Assembly: GCA_964016885.1 (NCBI GenBank)
Contig: OZ024745.1
Span: 11,656,001-11,720,000, forward strand
DNA length: 64,000 nt
Direction of reading: 5' to 3'
Source of the DNA: Eledone cirrhosa
Lineage: Eukaryota
Below, one piece after another: positions 18,144-31,045 of this stretch (position 1 is its first letter; every line of letters starts with the position of its first letter). The notes under the pieces were generated by a model that did not search any database, was not told the DNA's origin, and worked only from the letters and a program-made list of their open reading frames with translations. Both the position numbers and the translations under genes were made by a program.

Positions 18144-18779
18144 TATGAGAGACGTAAAATAAGAAAAATTTAAAATTAACTTACTTACTAAAATTTCACT
18201 CCCAACTAATTACTTTCTGAAATGGAATAAATATACTTTCCGAAGAAAATATAGAGAATCATTTCGTCGTCAGGGAAGTCTATTCTCAGCTAAGTATCCA
18301 GGCAAAGCGTGGACTCTGGAAACTTATACAAAAATAATTCAGTGGAGAGAAAATAGCAAACAGTGGACTGAATTCCTAGCCATTGAGAAAATCACTGCCT
18401 ACTGCGTCGGTGGCAAATTCAAAAAGAATCAATCACGTGACATCGAGTTTAATCAGTGGAAAGTGGTTTGTTAAGAAGACAGCGGCCTGCCTACTACCAT
18501 AGCAGCAGTCTTGGCCAATATTGCCGACAAATAATTTGGAGATAATTATAAAGAATTAATATCTAGTAACATATATATACATACAGATGCATATCAATGC
18601 TAGCAAATATATAGGTTTTGTCTTAATAACTTTGTGGTTCAATGCATGGGGTTGCAGAACAATAATATGAGAGACGTAAAATAAGAAAATTATAAAATTA
18701 ACTTACTTACTAAAATTTCACTCCCAACTAATTAGTTTCTGGAATGGAATAAATATATTTTCCGAAGAAAATATAGAGA
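18144..18779. repeat. About 114-bp direct repeat (18144-18257 and 18666-18779)
   Basis: atgagagacgtaaaataagaaaa...ccgaagaaaatatagaga occurs twice, about 520 bp apart. Confidence 0.85.
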
Positions 18780-18791
18780 CCTTTTACATAC

Positions 18792-18834
<43 letters not shown>

Positions 18835-18914
18835 GTAAGCAGAAATAACAACACAATTGGTACAATATATGGAAGGTATATATTAGGTTAAAGCTTGATA
18901 TAGCAGGAAGAGGG

Positions 18915-18950
18915 TCTTAACATTTCGGACGCTAGTCCTTCATCAGAAGA
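18915..18950 (-). ncRNA. Minimal type I hammerhead motif (family E)
   Basis: Minus strand: tctt CTGATGA aggac tagc gtcc GAAA tgtt aaga; stem III essentially absent. Confidence 0.75.
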
Positions 18951-19057
18951 AAGAGATACACGACTCGACTCATCATAGGAACCTCTGGTCGTTTTTTTCT
19001 TCTAAATATGACTAATTTACCCGTGTTACAAACTATGGTGTATCGTCTCCACCTGTG

Positions 19058-19106
<49 letters not shown>

Positions 19107-19120
19107 TTTCATTTTTTTCC

Positions 19121-19195
<75 letters not shown>

Positions 19196-19231
19196 TATAA
19201 TTATGTAATAAGCAACATAAGACAATTATTC

Positions 19232-19299
19232 CATTTACCAAAGGTTTCACGAAGACAGACGAGCTCACACACAGACGTCTGAAATTGCTCATCAGAATG
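19232..19299 (-). ncRNA. Type I hammerhead ribozyme motif
   Basis: Minus strand: catt CTGATGA gc..cagacg..cgtctg..gt GAAA cc ttt gg TA aatg. Confidence 0.8.
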
Positions 19300-19966
19300 A
19301 AAATTTAATATGGACGTAAGATATGAATTTAGAAACAAAGGCTAAAACAATTGAAAGCGAGGCTGATATATTATAAAATAAAGATGAGAAATAAAATAAA
19401 ATAACGGGAAAAATATACAGACTGAAGTAGAACGTAAGGTTATCAGTTATTAATGAGATCTCTTATACGAAAATAAAATTCCCTACAGGTAAAACTTCAT
19501 TCTGACCACTCTAACACGATGCATTGTGTTATTTTTTATCTACTTTTTAGACAAATTTCATTATTTTTTTACTTATATATTTTTTTATCTACTTTTTACT
19601 TCTGTTTGGTTCCATCTATATTCCTCTACTTGTTCTACTTTTAGAACAAATTATTCCCCTTGAACAAAGAAATAACAAATATTTAGGATTGTTCTATACT
19701 ATTCTACTGGATATAACACACTGATATCTGCACCCCTTTTCCTCCAACTTTAATCTTCCTATACAATCTGTCTAAATTCCTTTACACTCGCAACTTTCTT
19801 TTCTTAGAGGTCATTCGATACCTCATCCCCTGACTGCTAATTTACTCATCTACTACTACCAGCTTAATGATCTATTTTGCCCCTTCCTATTTTTACTTTG
19901 GGTCAATCTCAACATTGTTCTTAAAAGGTTACTTATTCATACATGTTTTTATATTCTTCAATAAAC

Positions 19967-20114
19967 AAAACTCATTATTTCTGATGACGGCATAGGGAAG
20001 ACGTATAATATATTTTCTTACTTTGATAATTTGTAATATATTTTACATAGATCACTAATAGAATGAACCCACGGAGAACTACCCCCCAGAAACGATCGTA
20101 AAATAATGAGTTTT
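19967..20114 (+). ncRNA. Type I hammerhead motif with 14-bp stem I and 101-nt stem II region
   Basis: aaaactcattattt CTGATGA (101 nt) GAAA cgatcg TA aaataatgagtttt. Confidence 0.8.
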
Positions 20115-20177
20115 ACTATGAATTACCCGTATTTTGTTTAATTTCATTGTTTTCACTATTTGCATTATAAATATATA

Positions 20178-21918
20178 CTAGCAGAAGTACCCGGCGTTGC
20201 TCGGATATTAAATAGCAGTTGTGCATACTATTTATGTCAATACTTCAGTGCTTCTTCAAAAACTATACTTTTACAAAATCATCCGCTTTTTCCAAAAGGG
20301 GGTTCCTGCCCCCAGGGGTCCCCTACCCAATATGTGCCAATTCTGAGAGTTCACATTCATCTGTAGGACAAACGTAGCCCATGTGTCAAGTTTTGTGAAA
20401 ATCGGTTGCGAACTCCAGAAGTTATGACGTTTTGTTGCATTGCACTGCAGTGCTTCAGTCGACTCCAAGGAAGTGGTTAAAGTGGTTAAAGTGGTTATCT
20501 GCCGGGGCCCCTATAATCAATATCTGGAAAAATGACAGTGCCCATGACCATCCGGAGTACATAAGTAACCTAAGTCTTAAATTTGGTGAAAATACTGTAG
20601 AAATGCATAAGGTTTATACATACGCGCGTGTGTGTGTATATTTGTGTGTGCGTATGTATGTGTATGTCCGTCGGGGCATACGTATGTACTGGCCTAAATC
20701 TTCACTATTTACTTTTACTATTTTAATAACCTGTCATTTTCGTTTTCAATTTTATTTACATCATTCTTAAACTCCGGGGCTGGAAATCATTCTGTTATTT
20801 TAAATAGAATATTAGTCTAAAGACTCCATTTATACCATAAGCTTGGTCTTGTCTTTGCATGAAATTGTTCTTCACGATCCCCATAACGATGTATTATCCT
20901 CGCTTTTTCCCCGTTCATTGCCAGGGAACGTCTTCACGAACCAAAATATCGTCTTCCTGTTTTCGTTCGGTTGCAACGTTTCTCAAAATATTTACTTCTG
21001 CGTTCACAGATTACTCTCAGTTCAATTTGAATGGGAAATTCCTGTTTCATCGATTTTCTCCGTAACCATGGAAGCTTGTAGTAGCCAAAAGTTTATTAAC
21101 AGCGAAATAACGTTGTCTTTGATATGTTATTTTAAATAAGACAATGAATTGAAAAATACTACTTACTGTTAGTGGTGGTTAACATGTATTAGAAATAAAA
21201 TGAAAATGATATCTGAAAAAACGTACTTGAGAACATGACTCCCATCTTCGCAATTTAAGGGTTTTATTTCTTTTGATGGAAAACAGTGAATGTTTTCGGT
21301 TTGGCATTTCGTAAAATGTGGTACTGCAGAATTGATTTCATAAAACGGTACTGTATGATAGTTTACACTTTGATTGCCCTGGTCAGCAAGAGGGGCCTCT
21401 ATATATTAGATATTTATTAGAAGAGGGGGAAATAACTAACTCCAGTATTAGAACAGGGGGTTCGCAATGTAAGGGTTTTATTTTTTTTGTTAGAAAACAG
21501 TTACCTTTTTCGTTTTGGCATTTCGTAAAATTCTACTGCAGAATCGATTTCATAAAACAGTACTGTATGATCGTTATAGAATTATTTAAATTTAATATAG
21601 AGCAATTGTATTTTAAAAATGAAAATGAAACATACTGTAGTAGCCAAAAGTTTATTAACAGCGAAATAACGTTGACTTTGATATGTTTTTTTAGACAAAA
21701 GTATTAGAACAGGGGGAAATAACTCACCGAACGCGATAGTTTTGGGGCCCCAGGGACCACATTTTTCAAGTTAGAGATTTGAAACCTCGTCTATTTGCTT
21801 CCTTGGCACTTTTTACATAGGTGTGTAAATTTTCAATGTTCGTCCGACCACGTCTACTACCATTTAACCGTGCACATCTGAATTTCAATCACCGCCCATT
21901 TCACAAATATGTATTAGA
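20178..21918 (-). mobile_element. Non-autonomous Helitron, apparently complete
   Basis: Minus strand begins A|TCtaatacata and ends ccgagcaacgccggg (hairpin) tacttctg CTAG|T; AT insertion site, no TSD; internal duplications about 21075/21636 and 21247/21462. Confidence 0.75.
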
Positions 21919-22144
21919 TATGAACCAGACAAATAGAATTCGTCCAAGTCCACCGTTTGCCACTCACTCCATGACTTTACAGAAATCGTATTTTGTAAAT
22001 ACAAATCCGTATAGAGTGGACACAATTAGTTTATTAGTGGAACCGACGGTGTTGTGTGGGAACACAGTTAACATATCCCGACCACGTGGTTTCAATATAT
22101 TTGTGTGTGCGTGTGTGTGTGTGGGTGGGTGGTTCTAGAAAAAA

Positions 22145-22265
22145 GATAGATAAAACAAGTACCAAACTTGATAAAAAATAATACAGTGATCAATATGATC
22201 GATTGAATGAGAATGGTGTCCCGCCATGGCCGCGCCTCATGACCGAATCCAGAAAAAGTATTAAA
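22145..22265 (+). mobile_element. Degenerate SINE 3' part
   Basis: gataaaacaagtacca resembles the SINE core end seen elsewhere in the window, followed by a catggccgc..gaaaaag tail. Confidence 0.45.
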
Positions 22266-22364
22266 AAAATGAAAGTATATGTCTACGCGTTTATTTTATT
22301 TTATTTTTTCTCACTAAAATATGCAGCAATTGAGCTTCTTACGAGTTATTGAAGTTCTCGTAAT

Positions 22365-22485
22365 CTCCGCCATTTATGAAGAACAAAAGCGCCCTCTTGT
22401 GAGTGCCTTCTGGCAGTTTCAATTTAATATCATTCTATTATAAACTGTAACATCATTACTGCTTTAAAGATGGCGCCCGGATGTG
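22365..22485. promoter_or_regulatory. Cluster of YY1-, CTCF- and ETS-like motifs in unique sequence
   Basis: ccgccattt (about 22367), agcgccctcttgtg (22388-22401), aagatggcg (22467-22475), ccggatgt (22477-22484); consensus matches by eye only. Confidence 0.3.
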
Positions 22486-22823
22486 CAGTACTGTTTACCC
22501 TGACTTTAAGAAGGATATATCATATTGAATATCACATTTATTTCACGTTAGATATTGCTTTATAATACTTATAGTATTATATTTACTTGTGCTGTTGTTG
22601 TTGCTGCTGTTGCTGTTGTTGTTGCTGTTGCTGTTGTTGTTGCTACCGCTGTTGTTGTTGTTGTTGTGGTTGTTGTCTCTGTGTTTTGTATATAGTTTTC
22701 TTTTCTATTTCTGCCGTCGGAAATTTTCCGTCATTTACACCCATACACATACACATACACACACACACATACACACACACACATACACACATGCTAACTC
22801 ACACACACTCAAATTCACATACT

Positions 22824-22880
<57 letters not shown>

Positions 22881-23072
22881 CCACACATACTCACACATAC
22901 ACACATACAGACACTCAAATGCAAATAGATATATACACACGCAATGCACCCACCCCCTCTAAATAAAATATTTTTCCCAATATCACACATCAATCTAAAA
23001 CTACTTCTCATATGTTGATTTAAAACTGAACTATCCACAAGTGTTTTTTAACCTTCATATCATGTCTTCCTG

Positions 23073-23139
23073 TTTTATCTGATGAAAACACAAATATTAT
23101 TGCATGATGATATTTGTTTTTGAAATGCGCATAATAAAA
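23073..23139 (+). ncRNA. Type I hammerhead ribozyme motif
   Basis: ttttat CTGATGA aaacacaaatatt..gatatttgttttt GAAA tgcgca TA ataaaa; element tail runs to the (TA)n at about 23268. Confidence 0.85.
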
Positions 23140-23264
23140 TACATGGAACTCTTTTAACCATCTTTTGTTCTTATATATTATGTATACTCCAGTCCTACAA
23201 ACTGTAGAGTGCTTCTTATCCGATATCTGCATTGCTTTATTGTACTACAATAAAACTCACCTCC

Positions 23265-23672
<408 letters not shown>

Positions 23673-23755
23673 ATCTTCTATACACAATCATACACACCCG
23701 TGTTTATTTATATATATATATATATATTTTTTTATTTTTTTTATATTATAGAAGG

Positions 23756-23806
23756 AGCTTCTACAGGACTAGTACTGTTTCATTCAGATGAAATCTTCAG
23801 GAAGCT
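23756..23806 (-). ncRNA. Type I hammerhead ribozyme motif (mirror copy)
   Basis: Minus strand: agcttc CTGAAGA tttcatctgaat GAAA cagtactagtcctg TA gaagct. Confidence 0.85.
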
Positions 23807-24335
23807 GGGTGTCATATTAAGTTCTGGTATTTATACATTTAGGTGGTGGTAAGGGAGGGGTGGTGGCTGGGGGGGGGATTTTTTGGGGTGGGATGGTATT
23901 TAGATACACAGGACCACAACATGGCACAGGCTGTTTTTTCTTTGGGGAGTGGTCAATTAGCCAGAGTGCTTTTTTGAAATAAATAAATAAGTAAATAAAT
24001 AAATAAATGAATAAATAGATAAATGAATAAATAAATAAATAAAATAAATAAAAAAATAAATAAAAATAAATAAAAAAAAATAAAATTTATTTATTTTCTT
24101 TATTTATTTATTCATTTATCTATTTATTCATTTATTTATTTATTTACTTATTTATTTATTTCAAAAAAGCACTCTGGCTAATTGACCACTCCCCAAAGAA
24201 AAAACGGCCTGTGCCATGTTGTGGTCCTGTGTATCTAAATACCATCCCACCCCAAAAAATACCCCCCCCCCCCAGCCACCACCCCTCCCTTACCACTACC
24301 TAAATGCATAAATACCAGAACTTAATATGACACCC

Positions 24336-24386
24336 AGCTTCCTGAAGATTTCATCTGAATGAAACAGTACTAGTTCTGTAGAAGCT
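24336..24386 (+). ncRNA. Type I hammerhead ribozyme motif
   Basis: agcttc CTGAAGA tttcatctgaat GAAA cagtactagttctg TA gaagct. Confidence 0.85.
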
Positions 24387-24471
24387 CCTTCTATAAAATA
24401 AAAAATGTTTACTCTGCCATGTATTGAGTACCTTACTTACTGTGGTTATCCCGACTCAACCCGGGACCTAC

Positions 24472-24523
<52 letters not shown>

Positions 24524-24723
24524 TGTGTGTGTGTGTATGTTATATATGTATGTAAGTTTGAAATAAAAGTCACCACATTGTAGATAGCTATAATAATATT
24601 TGATAACTACAAATAATGGTAGAATAATGCGAATAAATGTCCCTGGGACAGAAAAGAAAGAACATTTAGAGACACCTGTCCACATTTCGTAAGGATTCGA
24701 AGTCACCCCCCCTCTCTCTCTCT

Positions 24724-24804
<81 letters not shown>

Positions 24805-24805
<1 letters not shown>

Positions 24806-25091
24806 AAAACGAAGAATCAATGATGCATCGGAACACAATTTATTACGTATTACAATTGTTTCTCCGGCGACAGCTCGAGGTGCGATCGATCTGTTTGTGG
24901 ATCGAACCTGACTCTGGATACGCAAGTTCCTCAGATACGTCTAGTGATTTCGAAGAAAATCCTCTTTCTGCTTGAATCGAATCCAGAGTCAGGTCGATCC
25001 ACAAACAGATCGCACCTCGAGCCGTTCGCCGGAGAAACAATTGTAATACGTAATAAATTGTGCTCCGATGCATCACTGATTCTTCGTTTTC
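24805..25091. mobile_element. Fold-back hammerhead element (arms 24805-24919 and 24981-25091)
   Basis: About 110-bp inverted repeat next to (TA)n. Confidence 0.82.
24845..24940 (-). ncRNA. Type I hammerhead motif with 65-nt stem II region
   Basis: Minus strand: acgtat CTGAGGA (65 nt) GAAA caattg TA atacgt. Confidence 0.72.
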
Positions 25092-25103
25092 TATATTATT
25101 ATA

Positions 25104-25212
25104 CTCTGTGAGTTCAAATCCCGCCGAGGTTGACTTTGCCTTTCATCCTTACCAGTACCAGTAATGCACTGGGTAATTGCTGGCCTTGTGTCTAAAGTAG
25201 AAATAATTATTA
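25104..25212 (+). mobile_element. 5'-truncated SINE
   Basis: gagttcaaatcccgccgaggttgactttgcctttcatcc...aaagtagaaataattatt. Confidence 0.8.
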
Positions 25213-25278
25213 TACTCTGCCCCGAAGCATAGAGTACGCAACCGGCATACCGCCTATGGACGCATCCTAACAACCTTA

Positions 25279-25280
<2 letters not shown>

Positions 25281-25350
<70 letters not shown>

Positions 25351-25360
25351 ACAAACACAG

Positions 25361-25402
<42 letters not shown>

Positions 25403-25489
25403 ACACACACGCACACACACGCACACACACACGCACACACACACACTCACTCACACACACACACAAACACACACACACACACTCACTCA

Positions 25490-25558
<69 letters not shown>
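25281..25558. repeat. (CA)n microsatellite
   Basis: Long imperfect CA run. Confidence 0.95.
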
Positions 25559-25583
<25 letters not shown>

Positions 25584-25965
25584 GATAGATAGATAGATAT
25601 ATAGAGAGAGATTTGGTGTGCACTGAGTTTGTATGTACGTATGTATACGTATATGTATATATCTATGTATATATGTATGTATATATGTATGTATAAATAT
25701 GTATGTATGTATGCTTATGTACATATTTCAGTATCTAGACTATGATTAGATTGTAATAACATGAAACTATATTGCGTCTCAGTTTCATTTAAATATTACT
25801 CTCTTTCTCTTTCACTTTTTCCTTCTCTCTCATTCTCTTTTTCTTTCTTTCTCATTCCCTAACTTTCGCTAATCTATTCTAGATTGTTATATATATGTGT
25901 ATATATCTTATTTATATATATATATATAAGATATTCATGTGTGAAGGCGTGTGGCTTTGTGGTTA

Positions 25966-26159
25966 GGGCGGTGAATTGGCAGTATCGGTAGAGGGTCGGA
26001 CGCCATGCTTTGACGCATAGAGTTACGGCCCTTGCCATTCTGAGTTCAAATCCCGCCGAGGTTAACTTTGCCTTTCATCCTTACGGGGTCGATAAAATAA
26101 AGTACCAGTAATACACTGAAATAATTGCCGGCCTTTTGCCAAAAGTAGAAGCAATTATT
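25966..26159 (+). mobile_element. tRNA-derived SINE, full length
   Basis: Box A tggcagtatcggtag, box B gagttcaaatcc; matches 17269-17460; a degenerate copy follows at about 26195-26300. Confidence 0.87.
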
Positions 26160-26378
26160 TAATAGAATATAATAATCTTTATTATCGAAAATTAGGGCGA
26201 TGGATCATCTGAATCGGTAGAGTGTCGGACAAGATGCTTTGCGTCATTTAGTTAGGGCTTATTGAATTGTTGTTCGAATCCCGCTTAACTTAGCCTCTGA
26301 TGGAAATGAAACATTTTCGTCATTGAAGACAAAATCTATGTGTATATGTGTAAAAGAGAGGCATAGAGAGAGAAGGTG

Positions 26379-26410
<32 letters not shown>

Positions 26411-26606
26411 GGGGGTAAGGAAGTTTTGGACTTTAGAAATATATTATCTCGTTTTATTCCTAGGTAAGTTAACAGCTATTGAGATGGCTGTGGTATGATC
26501 ACAGCTTAAAATAGTCATAGCGAGACTCATATACACACAAAACACCACGGGGTTTTTCTTTCTCATTTTTTTCCGTTCCTTCCTCTTCTCACTCTTTCTA
26601 ATTCTA

Positions 26607-26722
26607 TCTTCTGATGAAGGACTAGTGTCCTCAACGTTTACACTCTTTTCCTGAAACTTCAAACGTTAAACTAATATATTTATTCATTTATTGTGTCGTT
26701 TGCTTTGTTATTTCTGTCTCCG

Positions 26723-26726
<4 letters not shown>
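26607..26726 (+). mobile_element. Family E element with damaged hammerhead (GAAA replaced by tcaa)
   Basis: tctt CTGATGA aggac tagt gtcc tcaacgtt; tail ttgttatttctg shared with the reverse complement of about 18840-18852; ends at (CA)n. Confidence 0.6.
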
Positions 26727-26807
<81 letters not shown>

Positions 26808-26841
26808 TATATATATATATAGAGAGAGAGATATATATATA

Positions 26842-26875
<34 letters not shown>

Positions 26876-27061
26876 TATATATATACATATATATATATAT
26901 ATATGATAAGTCGGCAGAACCTCACAAAGACTCTATATCTCTATGATCTAGTGTTTTTGCATAATATGCCACGAAACTACGTTGTCGGGGACTATAGAAG
27001 CAGCTAGGTATGATATATCTTATTACTAATTATATCTAATGTTTCTTCTCTCTTCATAATG

Positions 27062-27116
<55 letters not shown>

Positions 27117-27467
27117 TATAAAAATATATAAAACTGATGTTGTCTGTGTGTCCGTATTTTTGCAAAGTCTATTGACTTCAAATTGACTTCAAACTTGATT
27201 TATATATTCCTTGCGGTCTAAAGATACTAACTACCGTTGTTAAAGGGTGTCAGGCGCCAGTTATCCATCTCCGTCGCGCTCTTATAATATCTGTCTGTAT
27301 GCCTGACTGTCTGCATAACGTCATTCTGACGTAATATCTTCGCTACATTCACACACAGGCACGCGCGCGCGCGCGCACATACGCACACGCACACGCACAT
27401 ATATATATATATACATATATATACAGTATATACGCATATCTACATATACACACACATATATACACAT

Positions 27468-27511
<44 letters not shown>

Positions 27512-27516
<5 letters not shown>

Positions 27517-27764
27517 ATATTAACAAATGGAAACCACATTTATTTCATTATACATATTTCAAGGGCCACCAAGGCAAACTATGGTGCGCTTTCATCAGAT
27601 AAAATATAATATAGGTTAGTTTTATAAATAAATATTGACATACCCTGAAAAATAGTTTCCATTTGTTAATATATTGTATATTTACGCCAATAATTTGTTG
27701 AGTGCTTTATATCAGTTATAAAAATATTTTGCTTGTTGTATCCCAACAAATTAAATATAACCTC

Positions 27765-27768
<4 letters not shown>
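27512..27768. mobile_element. Family A fold-back element with internally deleted right arm
   Basis: Homologous to 1176-1510 and 32665-33184; (TA)n on both sides. Confidence 0.8.
27543..27604 (-). ncRNA. Type I hammerhead ribozyme motif
   Basis: Minus strand: ttttat CTGATGA aagcgcacc..ggtggccctt GAAA tatgta TA atgaaa. Confidence 0.75.
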
Positions 27769-27844
<76 letters not shown>

Positions 27845-27947
27845 AACACATATACACATATTTAGATAAAAACATACATTTATATAAATATACACTTAAA
27901 AATATATGTATATATACACACACACATATATTTATATATACATATAT

Positions 27948-28764
27948 GGTGGCTGCCAACTCGTTTTCGAGTACGGCCACTACTTTACATCCATGTAGGA
28001 GAACCCCTACCGATGCGCTGAACGAGTGTGGCTTTTTAGTCCAGCCAGCGACTTGAAAACTCTGATACAAACACGACACTTGTGACAATTATTGACACCA
28101 AGTGCTGGGCCCATGGTACCATGTGACCCAAGGTGTGGTGTGAGATCACTACTCGACCTGAATACCCTTCCACATACATTACATGACGTCGTCTGATGAA
28201 CACTTATAGCTCCACAGGTGCCTGCTTCCCTCTTCTTGTGCACTCTCAGGTGACTCTTTAGACCTGCCATGCTCAGACAAACCCTATTACAGGTCTCACA
28301 TGTCAGGTCAGGCCGTCTGTCAGTGCCTTCGGGAAGGCCAACATGGATTCCTTTCCGGACATCTCTTTTTAGTGTCGCGTGCCTTCTTGTTTCCTCAAAT
28401 AGACTCTTGCCACTAGCCACTGCTTTCCTCCAATGCGATCGGTCGCTAGCGCATGCTTCCCAGTGCTCACAAGGGATGTTACTTTTCTTGAGCGCCCCCT
28501 TGAAACGCATCTTGGGTTTGCTCTCGTTCCTTTTTCCCATTTGGAGCTCGCCATAAAGCAGCTGCTTCGGCATTCGCTTGTCATTCATCCTCACAAGATG
28601 GCCTGTCCAGCGCAGCTGATGTTTCAAAATCAAGGACTCGACCTTATCACAGCCACTCCTGTCCAGAACCTCGACGTCACTGACAAACATTTGCCAAGTT
28701 ATGCCGAGGATCCGACGTAAGCAGTACTGGTGGAACCTCTCAAGTCGCTTCATCTGTCTACGGT
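27948..28764 (-). mobile_element. 3' fragment of an RTE (BovB-like) LINE with C-terminal C2H2 zinc fingers
   Basis: [46 protein letters not shown], then three CxxC..H..H motifs; short 3' UTR with a ctcg-aaaa-cgag hairpin ending at (TA)n. Confidence 0.85.
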
Positions 28765-28838
<74 letters not shown>

Positions 28839-28844
28839 TATGTA

Positions 28845-28924
<80 letters not shown>

Positions 28925-29206
28925 CACACAAATACATTGTAGGTCGCATTAACCCGTCTTTTATTATTTAAAAAAAACGTCTTGTCAATAAACATTAACC
29001 CTTTGTGCGCCATTCATCTAACTGTAGACCAACAAATACCAAGTAAACGGAGCGTTGATACGAACGATGGCAAATGAATCTTCGAGGTAAGCAGTTTCCT
29101 CCCGAGCTGTTAGTTCACGCGGGATTCTCTGCTACACCTTTTCGTAATAATACCGAACAACGTACTGCTGGTCACTCCTTCCTCCAAAAGCCGAACAAAG
29201 CATCTC

Positions 29207-29237
<31 letters not shown>

Positions 29238-29356
29238 TTTTGTGTGTGTTGTGTGCTTAGTTTGTTATAAGAACAGTTTGTTATAAGAACAGATTAAAGT
29301 TTAAGCAAAGAATCGCTGCTTTCAACATTAACGGGATCTTCTTAAACTAAAAAAGT

Positions 29357-29747
29357 TAATCTGTGAACGCAGAAGTAAATATTTCGAGAAACGTTGCAAC
29401 CGAAGGAAAACAGGAAGACGATATTTTGGTTCGTGAAGACGTTCCCTGGTAATGAACGGAAACAAAGCGAGGATAATACGTCGTTATGTGGAATCCGAAG
29501 AACAATTTCACGCAAAGACAAGACCAAGTTTATGGTATAAATGGAGTCGTTAGACTAATATTCTATTTAAAATAACCGAATGATTTCCAGCCCCGGAGTT
29601 TAAGAATGGTGTAAATAAAATTGAAAACGAAAATGACAGAGGTTATTAAAATAGTAAAAGTAAATAGTGAAGATTTAGGCCAGTACATACATATGCCCCG
29701 ACGGACATACACATACATACGCACACACAAATACATGCCCCCACCCC

Positions 29748-29793
<46 letters not shown>

Positions 29794-30221
29794 GCTGGCA
29801 CACACTACGCATTTCTACAGTATTTTCACCAAACTTAAGACATAGGTTACTTATGTACTCTGGATGGTCATTGGCACTTTCATTTTTCCAGATATTGATT
29901 ATAGGGCCTCCCGGCAGATAACCCCCTTTAACCACTTTAACCACTTCCTTGGAGTCGACTGAAGCACTGCAGTGCAATGCAACAAAACGTCATAACTTCT
30001 GGAGTTCGCAACCGATTTTCACAAAACGTGTCCTACAGATGAATGTGAACTCTCAGAATTGGCACATATTGAGTAGGCGACCCCTGGGGGCAGGAACCCC
30101 CTTTTGGAAAAAGCCGATGATTTTGTAAAAGTATAGTTTTCGAAGCAACACTGAAGTATTGACATAAATGGTATACACAACTGCTATTTAATACCCAAGC
30201 AACGCCGGGTACCTCTGCTAG
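29357..30221 (+). mobile_element. Second Helitron copy (3' about 860 bp shared with 20178-21013)
   Basis: Reverse complement homology to 20178-21013; ends cccaagcaacgccggg tacctctg CTAG|T; 5' boundary uncertain. Confidence 0.75.
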
Positions 30222-30325
30222 TATATATATATAATATAGTGGCATACATATCTTGTAATATGACAATTATCATTGCTAATGTTCATGATATTATTCCAAC
30301 CCTGTTACCATTATTTCTGTAGATA

Positions 30326-30506
30326 ATAATTGTTTCTACTTTAGGCACAAGGCCAGCAATCACTCAGTACATTACTGGTACTTTATTTTATCGACCCCGT
30401 AAGGATGAAAGGCAAAGTTAACCTCGGTGGGATTTGAACTCAGACTGTAAAGGGACGTAACTGTGCCAGAAAGCATGGCGTCCGACCCTCTACCGATACT
30501 GCCAAT
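30326..30506 (-). mobile_element. tRNA-derived SINE
   Basis: Reverse complement of the 25966-26159 family. Confidence 0.87.
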
Positions 30507-30782
30507 AATAATGTCGCTATTGTTGTTCATGTTTGTGAAGATGACGAAAATGAAGATGGAGGGGAGGATGGTGGATAGTGAGGTTAAAGATGAGGAGGAG
30601 TGGGAGGAGGTAATAAGGATGTGGAGTAGAAAGATGAGAAGTTAGAGGTGACAGTGGTGACAGTGGTGACAAAATCAGTAGAGCACTGTGTATCCTTCAG
30701 TGTCATGTACAATAGACATCTGAAAATATTTCATAACTTGACAATAAATTACTGTTTTCCTATCTTCACTTCTTTACTATAT

Positions 30783-31001
30783 TGTTGTTGTTGTTGTTGT
30801 GGTGGTGGTGGTGTGGTGGTGGTGATTGTTGTTGTGGTGGTGGTGGTGGTGATTGTTGTTGTTGTTGTTGTGGTGATGGTGGTGGTGGTGATTGTTGTTG
30901 TGGTGGTGGCGGTGGTGATTGTTGTTGTTGTTGTTGTTGTTGTTGTGGTGGTGGTGGTGGTGATTGTTGTTGTTGTGGTGGTGGTGGTGGTGGTGGTGGT
31001 G

Positions 31002-31045
<44 letters not shown>

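Larger units (their letters stand above)
23735..24472. mobile_element. Large fold-back hammerhead element, family B (about 330-bp arms, extra 3' tail on the right)
   Basis: 23735-~24075 is the reverse complement of ~24085-24405; (TA)n on both sides. Confidence 0.88.

Noticed and set aside
27110-27300. Possible Helitron 5' fragment (tatataaaactgatgttgtctgtgtgtcc)
   Set aside because: Resemblance only, with no matching 3' hairpin-CTAG nearby.
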